DNA from: a virus
Taxonomy: Duplodnaviria > Caudoviricetes
IMG/VR virus record: IMGVR_UViG_3300028591_000083
Span: 128,001-192,000 of that record
Length of the DNA stretch: 64,000 nt
Direction: 5' to 3' (one strand)
Positions 41,114-50,051 of the stretch are shown piece after piece. The translations under genes and the position numbers were made by a program. Each line of letters starts with the position of its first letter. Positions within the stretch are counted from its first letter, which is position 1. The notes under the pieces are model-generated. The model searched no databases. It was given only the letters and a program-made list of their open reading frames with translations, and had not been told where the DNA came from.

Positions 41114-41668
41114 GTATAAATCAGTCAAAACTTAATCATTATTCTTTTCATATGATATCTTCTGTCTCCTAATCACCTCACTGGAAATCCGTCATAATTT
41201 TTCTAATTCTTTTCACCGCATCAATATCTGTGATTTCCTGTTTCGACTCCCTCACAAGACATTCACCAATAAGAAATAAAATATGTTGCTGTTTAATGCA
41301 CTCATCCCTGAGTTTGTTAATATCATCACACTCAAGAATATATAATTTATTCATCATCTAAACCACCTCACTTCTGCCCGTCTCCAGTTTGAGCCATTTA
41401 AGATTAGCGGATGTTATCTGTTCCTCTGTTACCTTGCCGTAAAAAATCGCCCGACTGTGTAATGCATTTATTATTAAGCTAGTAAGTTCTTTTGCAATCT
41501 CTTCGTCATTCATATGACGGATGCGATCACCATTTGTTATTGGATTTGCAGGTATGAAATTATCGCATGAATAAGAAAACGCATTATAAACAGACTGCTT
41601 ATCAATCAAGCAAGTGCATCCGTCAGCGTCCCAATCAGCATACTTGCATTCTTTACAACATCTTTGAT

Positions 41669-42364
41669 TCATTCCACCCACTCCTCCGCTTCTTGACGAT
41701 TGATAAAGAAGTGAATTCCTGTTGCACATTCTTCAAACCGATCTTCACAGAAATTAGGTTCTGTTACGGTTTCACCAACTTTATAGATAAATTCGTCATC
41801 ATAGTTACTTGCAATTTCATTCAATTCAGTTGATTCCCCACTTACTGTTTCGATTGCAAGTACAACAGCTTTGTCACATCTGCACTTACGTCCTGTCGCG
41901 CTTGATCTCCGTGCATCTTCCGGAATAAATAATTTCACAATATGTCCGTTTGCTTTCTTCCATGCCGTGAAACTTCCACTGTCAGGACATACCATCGGAA
42001 TGAATGGAACATTTTTAGCACCACGAAGATCAGCATCTTGCAAATTAGCACGCCACAGATCAGCACCGCTCAGATCAACCCTACACAAGTAAGCATCTCG
42101 AAGATTAGCACAATACAGATCAGCACCACTTAGGTTAGCTCCACTCAGGTCAGCCTCTTGCAGATTAGCCTTTAACAAGTTAGCTTCACGTAGGTCAGCA
42201 TATTGCAAGTCGGCACCGCTCAGGTTCGCGCAACGTAAGTCAACACCATGTAGGTCAACACCTAGTAAGTTAGCAGAACACAGGTCAGCAAGTTCTCCGC
42301 CTTTCTGACCATTTAGCCACTTTTTGTGTTTCTCAATAATATTTTTCAACTTATAACTCAGCAT
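41669..42364 (-). CDS. pentapeptide-repeat protein with conserved C-terminal domain
   Basis: A(D/N)L repeats; RRSSATGRKCRC...CATGIHFF. Confidence 0.88.
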   Translation of the reverse strand: MLSYKLKNIIEKHKKWLNGQKGGELADLCSANLLGVDLHGVDLRCANLSGADLQYADLREANLLKANLQEADLSGANLSGADLYCANLRDAYLCRVDLSGADLWRANLQDADLRGAKNVPFIPMVCPDSGSFTAWKKANGHIVKLFIPEDARRSSATGRKCRCDKAVVLAIETVSGESTELNEIASNYDDEFIYKVGETVTEPNFCEDRFEECATGIHFFINRQEAEEWVE

Positions 42365-43031
42365 GACTATAACCTCATTTAGAAGGATGTTGCACGTTAT
42401 GAAAATTATTAAAATTATTCAAAATTACATATCAACTTTAATAAATTTTCTTTATTGTTCATTATGATGTTTAGTCATAATTACTACAATTTGCTGTAAC
42501 GCACAGCAGCTATCCCATTTTATTGGGACTACTTTTTTTTGTTAAAATTTACTAAATTTATGACTCAATATAATATCGCTCTTGTTACATTTTTCAGCAT
42601 CATGTGCCGTAACAAATAAATTTTGCTTTATATTAAATTGATTTTTAGTAAATTCATACAAATACTTTAATTTTGTTTCATATGTTTAATGCTCTCTCAA
42701 ACCATATATCTTATTTCTTATCTTTTTTCTCTAAATATGATAATCTAGCTCTTGTGAATAGTTTATTATATTCCTTTCTTAGCTCTTCAACTGATTCCAT
42801 AACCAACATAATCGTTAATGAAAAATTAAAAATCGGACATAAAACCCATATCATTGGAACAATTACAATTACAAAAAACAAATCTCTACACTTAATATCT
42901 GTATTTTCTTTCTTCCAATCTTTTAGTTCTGGAATATATGCATAGACCATATTAACTATTGCACCAAGTACACAAAGAATGTATAATATAAGAACTATCC
43001 ATAAAAATATCTTCATATTATAGAAACTCCT

Positions 43032-43460
43032 TTACAGCTCGTCCAAATAACATTTATAGTGTTCGCTTCCATCTGCTATCATTTTAATCTTCTTAATTCC
43101 GTTGTGTTGTGTAAGATGAAATTTATCAATTACAAACTGCTTTAATTCATCCTGTGGAATTTGTGGTGAGTGAAATATCTTTGCTATTCCATTGCTGATC
43201 TCAACTCTTCCTCTTGGATAATATGAAAAATCTTTTCCACCAGTATATTTTCCTCCAAGAGTAGACCAAACTTTTTTATGATTATAGTTGTCTGAACCCG
43301 TAGATGACATTGTACTAGAAATCTGAAACTCAGGATCATTGATATCACCGTTAAAATCACACGGGATAGTAAAATATAGTTCTGATTTGTCTACATTATC
43401 AACATCTTTAATCCAGAAAATACCACGGTATAATTGAGTATCTTCCACTAAAAGTTTCAT
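43032..43460 (-). CDS. hypothetical protein, paralog of 1227..1721
   Basis: GIFWI, HKKVW, YYPRGRV, HYKC. Confidence 0.7.
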   Translation of the reverse strand: MKLLVEDTQLYRGIFWIKDVDNVDKSELYFTIPCDFNGDINDPEFQISSTMSSTGSDNYNHKKVWSTLGGKYTGGKDFSYYPRGRVEISNGIAKIFHSPQIPQDELKQFVIDKFHLTQHNGIKKIKMIADGSEHYKCYLDEL

Positions 43461-43485
43461 ATTGATTTCCTTTCCATTTGATTTT

Positions 43486-43559
43486 TGGTGTTGTATAAAG
43501 GAATCGAACCTTCATGTAAAGAACAATCAATATTTTACATCCTAACCGTAGGAAACAAC
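43486..43559 (-). ncRNA. degenerate tRNA-like RNA with CCA end
   Basis: GTTGT/ACAAC-A-CCA acceptor, T arm GAAGG-TTCGATT-CCTTT, mini D hairpin, 7-bp stem with 13-nt loop. Confidence 0.6.
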
Positions 43560-43673
43560 AAAAATAGGTTGCGTAAGACTGAATAAGAATCTTACGCGAA
43601 AATAAAAATAAGATGAAATAATGAAGTGTTTTAAGGAGACAACAAAAACGAGTCATCATCTATTACGATGATG

Positions 43674-43760
43674 TGGTGCTGGTAGTGGGACTTGAACCCA
43701 CACGCCATCTCTGACAACGGATTTTGAGTCCGTTATGTCTGCCAATTCCGTCATACCAGC
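43674..43760 (-). tRNA. tRNA-Leu(CAA)
   Basis: cloverleaf, long variable arm, loop CTCAAAA, encoded CCA. Confidence 0.95.
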
Positions 43761-43771
43761 ATTTTTTAATT

Positions 43772-43843
43772 GGGCAGGAGAACTAAGACACATCTTGTTC
43801 TCCTTTTAGGAAGTTCTGTTGATTTATCAACATATCCTTGCCC
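43772..43843 (-). ncRNA. candidate three-way-junction RNA between two tRNAs
   Basis: GGGCA/TGCCC closing stem; TGTTGAT/ATCAACA and GGAGAACAAGA/TCTT(A)GTTCTCC hairpins. Confidence 0.5.
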
Positions 43844-43846
43844 GTT

Positions 43847-43938
43847 TGGTGGATCTTCTGGGACTCGAACCCAGACAAAGCCTTGTAAGGGTCTACGCTT
43901 TATAAGAACGTGGCTTTCACCGATTAAGCTAAAGATCC
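43847..43938 (-). tRNA. tRNA-Ile(TAT) with long variable arm
   Basis: GGATCTT/AAGATCC-A-CCA, loop CTTATAA, about 20-nt variable region. Confidence 0.85.
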
Positions 43939-43983
43939 ATATTATTTAAGTTTTTATATGATTGACATATAGATTTTTGCAAA

Positions 43984-44379
43984 TTAGTCTATTCGACTGT
44001 TTAACCAAACTCTCAAAATCTCACCTGCTGTAAACTCAGGATTCAAATTCAACTGCTTCAACACAGATCGAACAAATTTAGCATCAAGTTTATCATCACA
44101 TCCTTTTATGATGTCCCATTCACAAACCTCTAAGGCTTCTGAAAATTCTTTGTGCTCTTTTATCCACTCTTTAATCTGTCTTTTCTTTTCTGCTTTTTCC
44201 TTGTCCTTTGACTTATCTCTATTTTTATACGCGAATGCGGAATATGCTTTCTGTGCGGTTTTATACCCGTATCCTTGAGCATCATCCAATACCTCACCAG
44301 TATTTTCGTCAATTATTACAAATCTATCTGAATACTTTGAGGATAATTTATCAATATTAATTGCTTTTATACCCCTCAT
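43984..44379 (-). CDS. hypothetical protein
   Basis: GEVLDDAQGYGYKTAQKA; GGAG RBS. Confidence 0.6.
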   Translation of the reverse strand: MRGIKAINIDKLSSKYSDRFVIIDENTGEVLDDAQGYGYKTAQKAYSAFAYKNRDKSKDKEKAEKKRQIKEWIKEHKEFSEALEVCEWDIIKGCDDKLDAKFVRSVLKQLNLNPEFTAGEILRVWLNSRID

Positions 44380-44409
44380 AGCAATTCTCCAATCATGTCT
44401 TACAATACA

Positions 44410-44856
44410 TCACATAAGTAATGTCAATTCACTAATAACATCTTTTCTGGTTACTCTACCAACAGAAGAAAGTCTTTCAGAAAGCCATTTGAAATATTGA
44501 GAACAAACATAATCTAACTGTTTAGAAATATTGTAAACATTAAAATTATTTTCAATATTTTCCTTGTCGCAAACATCTTCTATAAGAACGGACATCCAAT
44601 TCACATCTGAAATACAGTCCTGAATTTTTCCGTATGTCCAATCATATATTTGTTTCTGTGTTGGATATTTATTTGTTGACAATAACTTCTTTACAGAAGA
44701 AATGAATGAATATATTTCTGTTTGCCAATGAGAAGCACAGTCGCTTTCAGGAGCAAGAATCAGATATAGAATATGTTCTATCACGATATCTGTTCTGTTT
44801 GTAAGATATCTTTCGATTTCTTTTTTACTATCTGCAAATTCTAACAATTCAATCAT
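44410..44856 (-). CDS. DUF29-like helical protein, paralog 4 (start revised to MIELLE)
   Basis: VIEHIL...SHWQTEIYSF...YP...IYDWTYG...CDKEN...YFKWL. Confidence 0.65.
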   Translation of the reverse strand: MIELLEFADSKKEIERYLTNRTDIVIEHILYLILAPESDCASHWQTEIYSFISSVKKLLSTNKYPTQKQIYDWTYGKIQDCISDVNWMSVLIEDVCDKENIENNFNVYNISKQLDYVCSQYFKWLSERLSSVGRVTRKDVISELTLLM

Positions 44857-44888
44857 ATTAATCACATCCAATCTTCAATATATTTTAT

Positions 44889-44964
44889 TGGTGGCTAGAC
44901 CTTGAGTTGAACAAGGTTCTTACGATTTTCAGTCGTAGGCACTGACCGCATATACCATCTAGCC
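44889..44964 (-). tRNA. tRNA-Phe(GAA)
   Basis: GGCTAGA/TCTAGCC-A-CCA, TACGA-CTGAAAA-TCGTA. Confidence 0.9.
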
Positions 44965-44968
44965 ACAA

Positions 44969-45042
44969 TCGGAATGACAGGACTTGAACCTGCGACTTCA
45001 TGGTCCCAAACCATGCGCTCTACCAAACTGAGTTACATTCCG
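44969..45042 (-). tRNA. tRNA-Pro(TGG), CCA not encoded
   Basis: CGGAATG/CATTCCG, CATGG-TTTGGGA-CCATG. Confidence 0.95.
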
Positions 45043-45051
45043 TTATTTTGA

Positions 45052-45122
45052 TTGCCTATGGTTGAGTCGAACAACCGATGCCTGTGTCAAAGACAGGTGC
45101 CTTTCCGCTTGGCTAATAGGCA
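45052..45122 (-). tRNA. tRNA-Gln(TTG), CCA not encoded
   Basis: TGCCTAT/ATAGGCA, CCTGT-CTTTGAC-ACAGG. Confidence 0.92.
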
Positions 45123-45280
45123 GTATTGAAAAGAATGTGCTACTAAAACAGGATAATGGCGAACCTGAAACCTCGCACAATAATTAGGTTTTTTACCAAA
45201 AGGAGGTGTGCTGAGAAAAATGAAAATAATTGACCCAAGTGGGTACGAAAGGAAATATTAGGAATTATTCATTCCATGAA

Positions 45281-45313
45281 TATAGTATAGCATAATTTAG
45301 TTTATTTGTCAAG
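45281..45313 (-). promoter_or_regulatory. sigmaA promoter of the tRNA operon
   Basis: TTGACA-N17-TATACT. Confidence 0.85.
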
Positions 45314-45336
45314 TGAATTTGAATAAATTTTTCATT

Positions 45337-45906
45337 TTAATTAAAGCCAATAGAGAGTGTGTCCATTTTAATGCATTCATCTTCTGACAAACAAGTTACA
45401 ATCTTCAAAGCTGTTTCTTTTGAAATATTTGCAACTGCAATTCTTCCATTTACAATAATTGAACAAGTATTTGATTTCTTACTTTCAATTTCTTTATCGT
45501 TTGTTTTCTTTGCAATCTTAGGTTCAACAGTTTCTTTGAAATCTGTGCCGATAGGAGTATTGAATGCAGATGCCCATACTCCTGTAGGAACTGAAGTTGT
45601 ACCTTCAATAAATCCTTCTTTTACATCTTCTGTCTTTTCAACTGCAACTTCTTTATTTTCTGTCAAATCAATGTGAAATGCTTCGAGAAGTTCAGGTGCA
45701 AACTTGTTCTTATGTTCTGTCATATACTCAATGAGATGTCTTCGCGTTACTCTAAATCTCCTTCTCCCGTTTTCACTTAGTTTGTCCTGCTTAACTGCTT
45801 TCAGATCACCTTTGTTTACAAGTCGGAGGACTGTGCAATAAGCACATCCAATCATTTGTGCGATCTCATTCAATGAGTATCCTCGCTTCTTTGTGTTGTA
45901 CGCCAT
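45337..45906 (-). CDS. excisionase/HTH_17-type DNA-binding protein
   Basis: YSLNEIAQMIG....TVLRLVNKGDLKA...FRV. Confidence 0.75.
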   Translation of the reverse strand: MAYNTKKRGYSLNEIAQMIGCAYCTVLRLVNKGDLKAVKQDKLSENGRRRFRVTRRHLIEYMTEHKNKFAPELLEAFHIDLTENKEVAVEKTEDVKEGFIEGTTSVPTGVWASAFNTPIGTDFKETVEPKIAKKTNDKEIESKKSNTCSIIVNGRIAVANISKETALKIVTCLSEDECIKMDTLSIGFN

Positions 45907-45977
45907 AGTTTCTTCTCCTTTTTAGTTTTATTGGTTTGTTGTTTTCATGTGCGGTACTGTCCGTATCGCTTTTGTAA

Positions 45978-46011
45978 ATATAGTATAACACATAATCCGT
46001 CATTTGTCAAG
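45978..46011 (-). promoter_or_regulatory. sigmaA-type promoter
   Basis: TTGACA-N17-TATACT. Confidence 0.85.
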
Positions 46012-46213
46012 CATTTTCTCACAAAAAATACTTACAAATAACGGATTGCTACAATATTCTATTTTGTGCAATTATTACAAGTGTAATGGCTACCGTCAAT
46101 AAATAATTGACATTCATTGCTTACGACAACACCTCATATTACAGTCTCAAAACCGCAAAAACGTAAACCTGACTGATTTTGGTTTAGTTAGAAATGAGGA
46201 ACTTGAGAAGAAA

Positions 46214-46822
46214 TCAATTTAGATGTTCATTTTCGACAACGTAAGTTGACATCATGTCTGCCATGTGAAGTGCAAATGCTAAAGTATTATTATTAAATGC
46301 ATTTCCCATATCATAATTAGAATTGTACGGCGAAATATCAAAAGCTCCCATGTGCCAATGAATTGCTTGCTTTTCTTCTTCTGTCAACATGATAAAATCT
46401 TGTAGCTTATATACAGATGCAGAAGCGTGTCCTAATCTAAGCTGATTTGGATTATATTCAAATACTTCAATTTGCTCCCACTCTCCGGTATCCTTATTTT
46501 TCACATTCTTTGTTGCCTTTACGTACTTATCAATTTTACAAAGATCATGAAACAAAGAAACGATTACAAGTGTTTCTTCTGAATATTTATCAGGATCATT
46601 CGGAAAGATGTACTTTATCATGTCCTTCAATGTATAATATACATTGATACTATGTTCAACAAGACCACCCTCATAAGCACCGTGATATTTTGTACTTGCC
46701 GGACAAGTATAGAATCCGTTATCGTCAAGATAATCCATGAGATCACAAATTCCATCCCTGTGAATAGTATTACATACAATATCAATAAACTCTTTGCGCT
46801 GAGATTCTACATTGCAACCCAT
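46214..46822 (-). CDS. HD-domain hydrolase (start revised to MGCNVE)
   Basis: PASTKYHGAYEGGLVEHS, FHDLCK, GH, IHWHMG, LHMAD. Confidence 0.88.
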   Translation of the reverse strand: MGCNVESQRKEFIDIVCNTIHRDGICDLMDYLDDNGFYTCPASTKYHGAYEGGLVEHSINVYYTLKDMIKYIFPNDPDKYSEETLVIVSLFHDLCKIDKYVKATKNVKNKDTGEWEQIEVFEYNPNQLRLGHASASVYKLQDFIMLTEEEKQAIHWHMGAFDISPYNSNYDMGNAFNNNTLAFALHMADMMSTYVVENEHLN

Positions 46823-46833
46823 ATTAATTCTCC

Positions 46834-48882
46834 TTATAAAAAGATTACACACTTATTTTTTGCTCGTGTTATACCAACATAAAATACCTTATACTCATCT
46901 TTATCCTTTGTTGGTTTTATTGGGAATTTACCATACAAAGCAATATTGTCATCTTCAAGACCCTTTGATTTGTGAACTGTCATTATCTTGATTTTATTCT
47001 CTGCCATGATTTTATTTTTCTGATCTTCTGATTCAGGCGCATTCATTACAGAATAAAACTTAACTCCGAGCTTCTTCAATCTGGCACCGAGTTCATACAG
47101 CTCTTTATTCGTTCTTGTAAGAAACATCCAACTCTCATTTTTATCTAAAGAATTTACGAACGATTCAAGCTGTGTTTTTGAATTGAACTTTACCTCTCCA
47201 ACAGTTTCATTCTTGCAAACACAATCTTTTTTAATAATATCATCTGCTTGCGCAATGATCATGTTTGCATAATTCATAATCTGTTGTGCTGTTCTATAGT
47301 TTTCAGTGAGATAAAATTCTTTCCATTCAGGATCTTTCATCAATGACAAGAAGATTCCAACATCTCCGCCTTTGAACGCATAAATACTGTTGTGTGTTGC
47401 AAATCCATCAGAAACATAAGTACCTGTATTTTGAACCTCAATACAATAAACCTCTTGTGTTTTTCTCTCTAAGCAAACATCTGTAATTTCATGATATACA
47501 ATTCCCTTGTATTCGTTGTTGTATGTTGGAACTACATAGATTAAAGACATGATTTCTGGAATAAGATTGCAAGCTCTAACCTCAATAACATTATCTGAGA
47601 ACATTGGTGTATGCTTAGATAGTAATGGGAAGTTGATATCTTTTCCATAAGCTGAGAGCAATGTTTCTACTCTTGCTCTGATGTCGTTACATCTTGATTC
47701 TTCTGTATATACTCCCGGTACTGCAAGTGGAATGCCATAACTGTATGCACAAAGCTGCGCCGAATCAACACAATCACTATTGTGATTATACTTAGCAAGA
47801 ATCCAGATATCTGTAATCTCGCCATGACCACAAGTGAATAAATACTCATTTAATTTTATTCTGAAATATGCAGAACCTATAAAATATTCACCTGTTGTTG
47901 TTCTACACAAGAATAAAACGCTGATCGTTGATTCATCTGATACGCAGTTAAGTCTCGCAAAACATCTATGATTTGGAGTATACTCAGGCATACCAACCTC
48001 TGTTACAGCTCTTACAATAGAATCGGTTACAGATGTTTGAGTAGAACTTACCATATTAAAAGATAGCTCTTGTGTTCTTGGATCATATGATTTAACATAA
48101 TCTCCAATTACAATATCCTCTATCTTCTTTTCTCCGCTTTCTGTATCAACAATAGTTCCGGCAGGTTGACATTGATAATCGTCACCAATCCAGAAATTAT
48201 GTCTCGCTCCTAACTTCTTTAAGAATTTATATTCTAACCATCCAATATCCTGAAGCTCATCTACAAACAAGTATTCAAGAATAACTCCGGATTCTTCAAA
48301 ATACTTAGTGCTTAGTTTTAGAAGTTCATCAAATGAAATAATGTGATTCATCTCACAGAGCGTTTTAACTGTTTCTGTATAATTATAATTAGATTCTTCA
48401 CCAAGAAGATATCTAATCTCTTTATATACTTTCGGATCTGTGAACTTATATGGCAGTTCAGATTCAGAAAGAAGCCCTCTATTCACAAGTTTGCGCAATC
48501 TTAAAAAGATAACATAATCATCCATCGTGCAATATCTGGCGTAACTTGGAATCAATGACTTCATGAACTCATTTTGATGAAGCTCTGAAAAGATATCATA
48601 TTCAAATCCTGTTTTCTTCAACAATTTATTTGCATAAGAGTGTATTGTTCCAATGAAACATTTGTTTGATTTTGGAACATCTTTCAGTCGTTTCTTCAAT
48701 TCATCGGCTGCAAGATTTGTAAATGTAATAACAACCACTGATTTCGGTTCAACACCGGAAATGAGAACCTGACGAACTTTCTCCGTCAGTGTTCTCGTTT
48801 TTCCTGCTCCGGAACCAGCATCCACTATGATATTTCGTTCTTTACAATCTACAATCTGTTTTTGTTGCTTGCTAAGTTCCAC
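46834..48882 (-). CDS. UvrD/Rep-like SF1 helicase containing an intein
   Basis: AGSGAGKT, ITFTN.AA, VDELQD, GDDYQ|intein|SIYAF.G, LTENYR, TVHKSKGLE, YVGITRAK. Confidence 0.9.
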   Translation of the reverse strand: MELSKQQKQIVDCKERNIIVDAGSGAGKTRTLTEKVRQVLISGVEPKSVVVITFTNLAADELKKRLKDVPKSNKCFIGTIHSYANKLLKKTGFEYDIFSELHQNEFMKSLIPSYARYCTMDDYVIFLRLRKLVNRGLLSESELPYKFTDPKVYKEIRYLLGEESNYNYTETVKTLCEMNHIISFDELLKLSTKYFEESGVILEYLFVDELQDIGWLEYKFLKKLGARHNFWIGDDYQCQPAGTIVDTESGEKKIEDIVIGDYVKSYDPRTQELSFNMVSSTQTSVTDSIVRAVTEVGMPEYTPNHRCFARLNCVSDESTISVLFLCRTTTGEYFIGSAYFRIKLNEYLFTCGHGEITDIWILAKYNHNSDCVDSAQLCAYSYGIPLAVPGVYTEESRCNDIRARVETLLSAYGKDINFPLLSKHTPMFSDNVIEVRACNLIPEIMSLIYVVPTYNNEYKGIVYHEITDVCLERKTQEVYCIEVQNTGTYVSDGFATHNSIYAFKGGDVGIFLSLMKDPEWKEFYLTENYRTAQQIMNYANMIIAQADDIIKKDCVCKNETVGEVKFNSKTQLESFVNSLDKNESWMFLTRTNKELYELGARLKKLGVKFYSVMNAPESEDQKNKIMAENKIKIMTVHKSKGLEDDNIALYGKFPIKPTKDKDEYKVFYVGITRAKNKCVIFL
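47389..48171 (-). mobile_element. 261-aa intein lacking LAGLIDADG motifs
   Basis: starts CQPAGTIV, block B TPNH, ends VYCIEV...ATHN/S. Confidence 0.9.
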
Positions 48883-48893
48883 AATAGCACCTC

Positions 48894-50051
48894 TTATCTA
48901 TCGTAAATAAATCTATCTACATACTTCTTAATCATGTCAAGAATATCCTTGTTTTCTTCTTTTTCAAGGAATGGAATCAATTTTGCCTGACCTTGAACCT
49001 TTATCTCAGACAAATTACCATCCTCGTCTGTATTGCAAAGAACTTCACCAGTATCCTTATCAATAAATGTAAACCAAGCTCCGGATTGATGAATAACATC
49101 TGTTGAAATAGCAATATCAATGATATCGTTCAACGGCAAGATACCTTTATCATAAGTAAGTGTATAGAATCCTAGCTTTCTGTTTGGTTTACATACCTTT
49201 GTTTTTAGAACATGAATCTGTACCTTATGTCCATAAGGACTTTCTGCTTTCTTAGCTAGATCCTTAAACGATTCATCAAACGGTGTTCCCTGTCTGAATT
49301 GAAGTCTTACAGAGCATGAGTGTTTCCAGCATCTACCGCCGGGCGTTACCGTTGTTGGTCCACCATATCCTGCGTTTAAGTTATCACGAACTTGATTTAT
49401 TCCGATCAAAGCACAGTTAGTCTTAGCACAAACTGTCTCGATCTTCTTTGAAAACTTAGTAAGTGCTCTTGAAATTCCACCATATGTTGAATCTTCAATA
49501 GTCTTTTCCATTTCCTGCTGAGACACCATAGCACCAAGACTATCAATAATACAAAGACCAATAGATCCTGTATCAATAAGCTGTGATATCATTTCAAAAA
49601 TTTCTTCTGCGCTTTGAGAATCAGGAGACATGAACAATGCTTTTGAAGAATCGAATCCTAGTGTTTGCGCCCATTCTTCATCAAATGTATTTTCACAGTC
49701 TACCCAAAATACCTTTAACGGACCTCTTTCTCTCAATTCAAGAAGTGTTGCTGATTGTTCCTTTGTCAACTTATCAGCATTCTCATAGGCTTCAATCTTT
49801 GATTTCCAATCCTCTTCAAACATCTTCTGAGCATTTGCTGCAATATCAATCGCTGTTGTCGTTTTTCCAGAACCTTCCTCACCCGAAAATTCTGCAATTC
49901 TTCCAAGAGGAATTCCACCATAAAGCATATAATTCGCTCTTGGACTACTAAATGGGATTCTTTGACAATTATGAACGGTTGTTCCTACTGAGAACAAGTC
50001 TGATTTATACTTTTTATTAAAATCTTTTAATAGTGTTTCAATCTTATTCAC
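48894..50051 (-). CDS. recA: RecA recombinase
   Basis: GGIPLGRI.E..G.EGSGKTT, IDSLGA, INQVR, TPGG...KH. Confidence 0.93.
   Translation of the reverse strand: MNKIETLLKDFNKKYKSDLFSVGTTVHNCQRIPFSSPRANYMLYGGIPLGRIAEFSGEEGSGKTTTAIDIAANAQKMFEEDWKSKIEAYENADKLTKEQSATLLELRERGPLKVFWVDCENTFDEEWAQTLGFDSSKALFMSPDSQSAEEIFEMISQLIDTGSIGLCIIDSLGAMVSQQEMEKTIEDSTYGGISRALTKFSKKIETVCAKTNCALIGINQVRDNLNAGYGGPTTVTPGGRCWKHSCSVRLQFRQGTPFDESFKDLAKKAESPYGHKVQIHVLKTKVCKPNRKLGFYTLTYDKGILPLNDIIDIAISTDVIHQSGAWFTFIDKDTGEVLCNTDEDGNLSEIKVQGQAKLIPFLEKEENKDILDMIKKYVDRFIYDR

Noticed and set aside
42380-42700. Very AT-rich gap with AAAATTA repeats (origin or pseudogene)
   Set aside because: Only short broken ORFs and three short low-complexity repeats; not enough for a call.
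40739-43560. 11-nt complementarity between the four-way RNA (AGGAAACAACA) and the 5' end of the tRNA mimic
   Set aside because: Short, A-rich, and both segments are in local stems; plausible by chance.
43408-43659. 83-aa ORF
   Set aside because: Overlaps the tRNA-like element and hairpins; no RBS.
46050-46210. Possible structured RNA (CCTCAT/ATGAGG, GTCAAT/ATTGAC)
   Set aside because: Stems are short and could be chance; cannot be supported without folding statistics.
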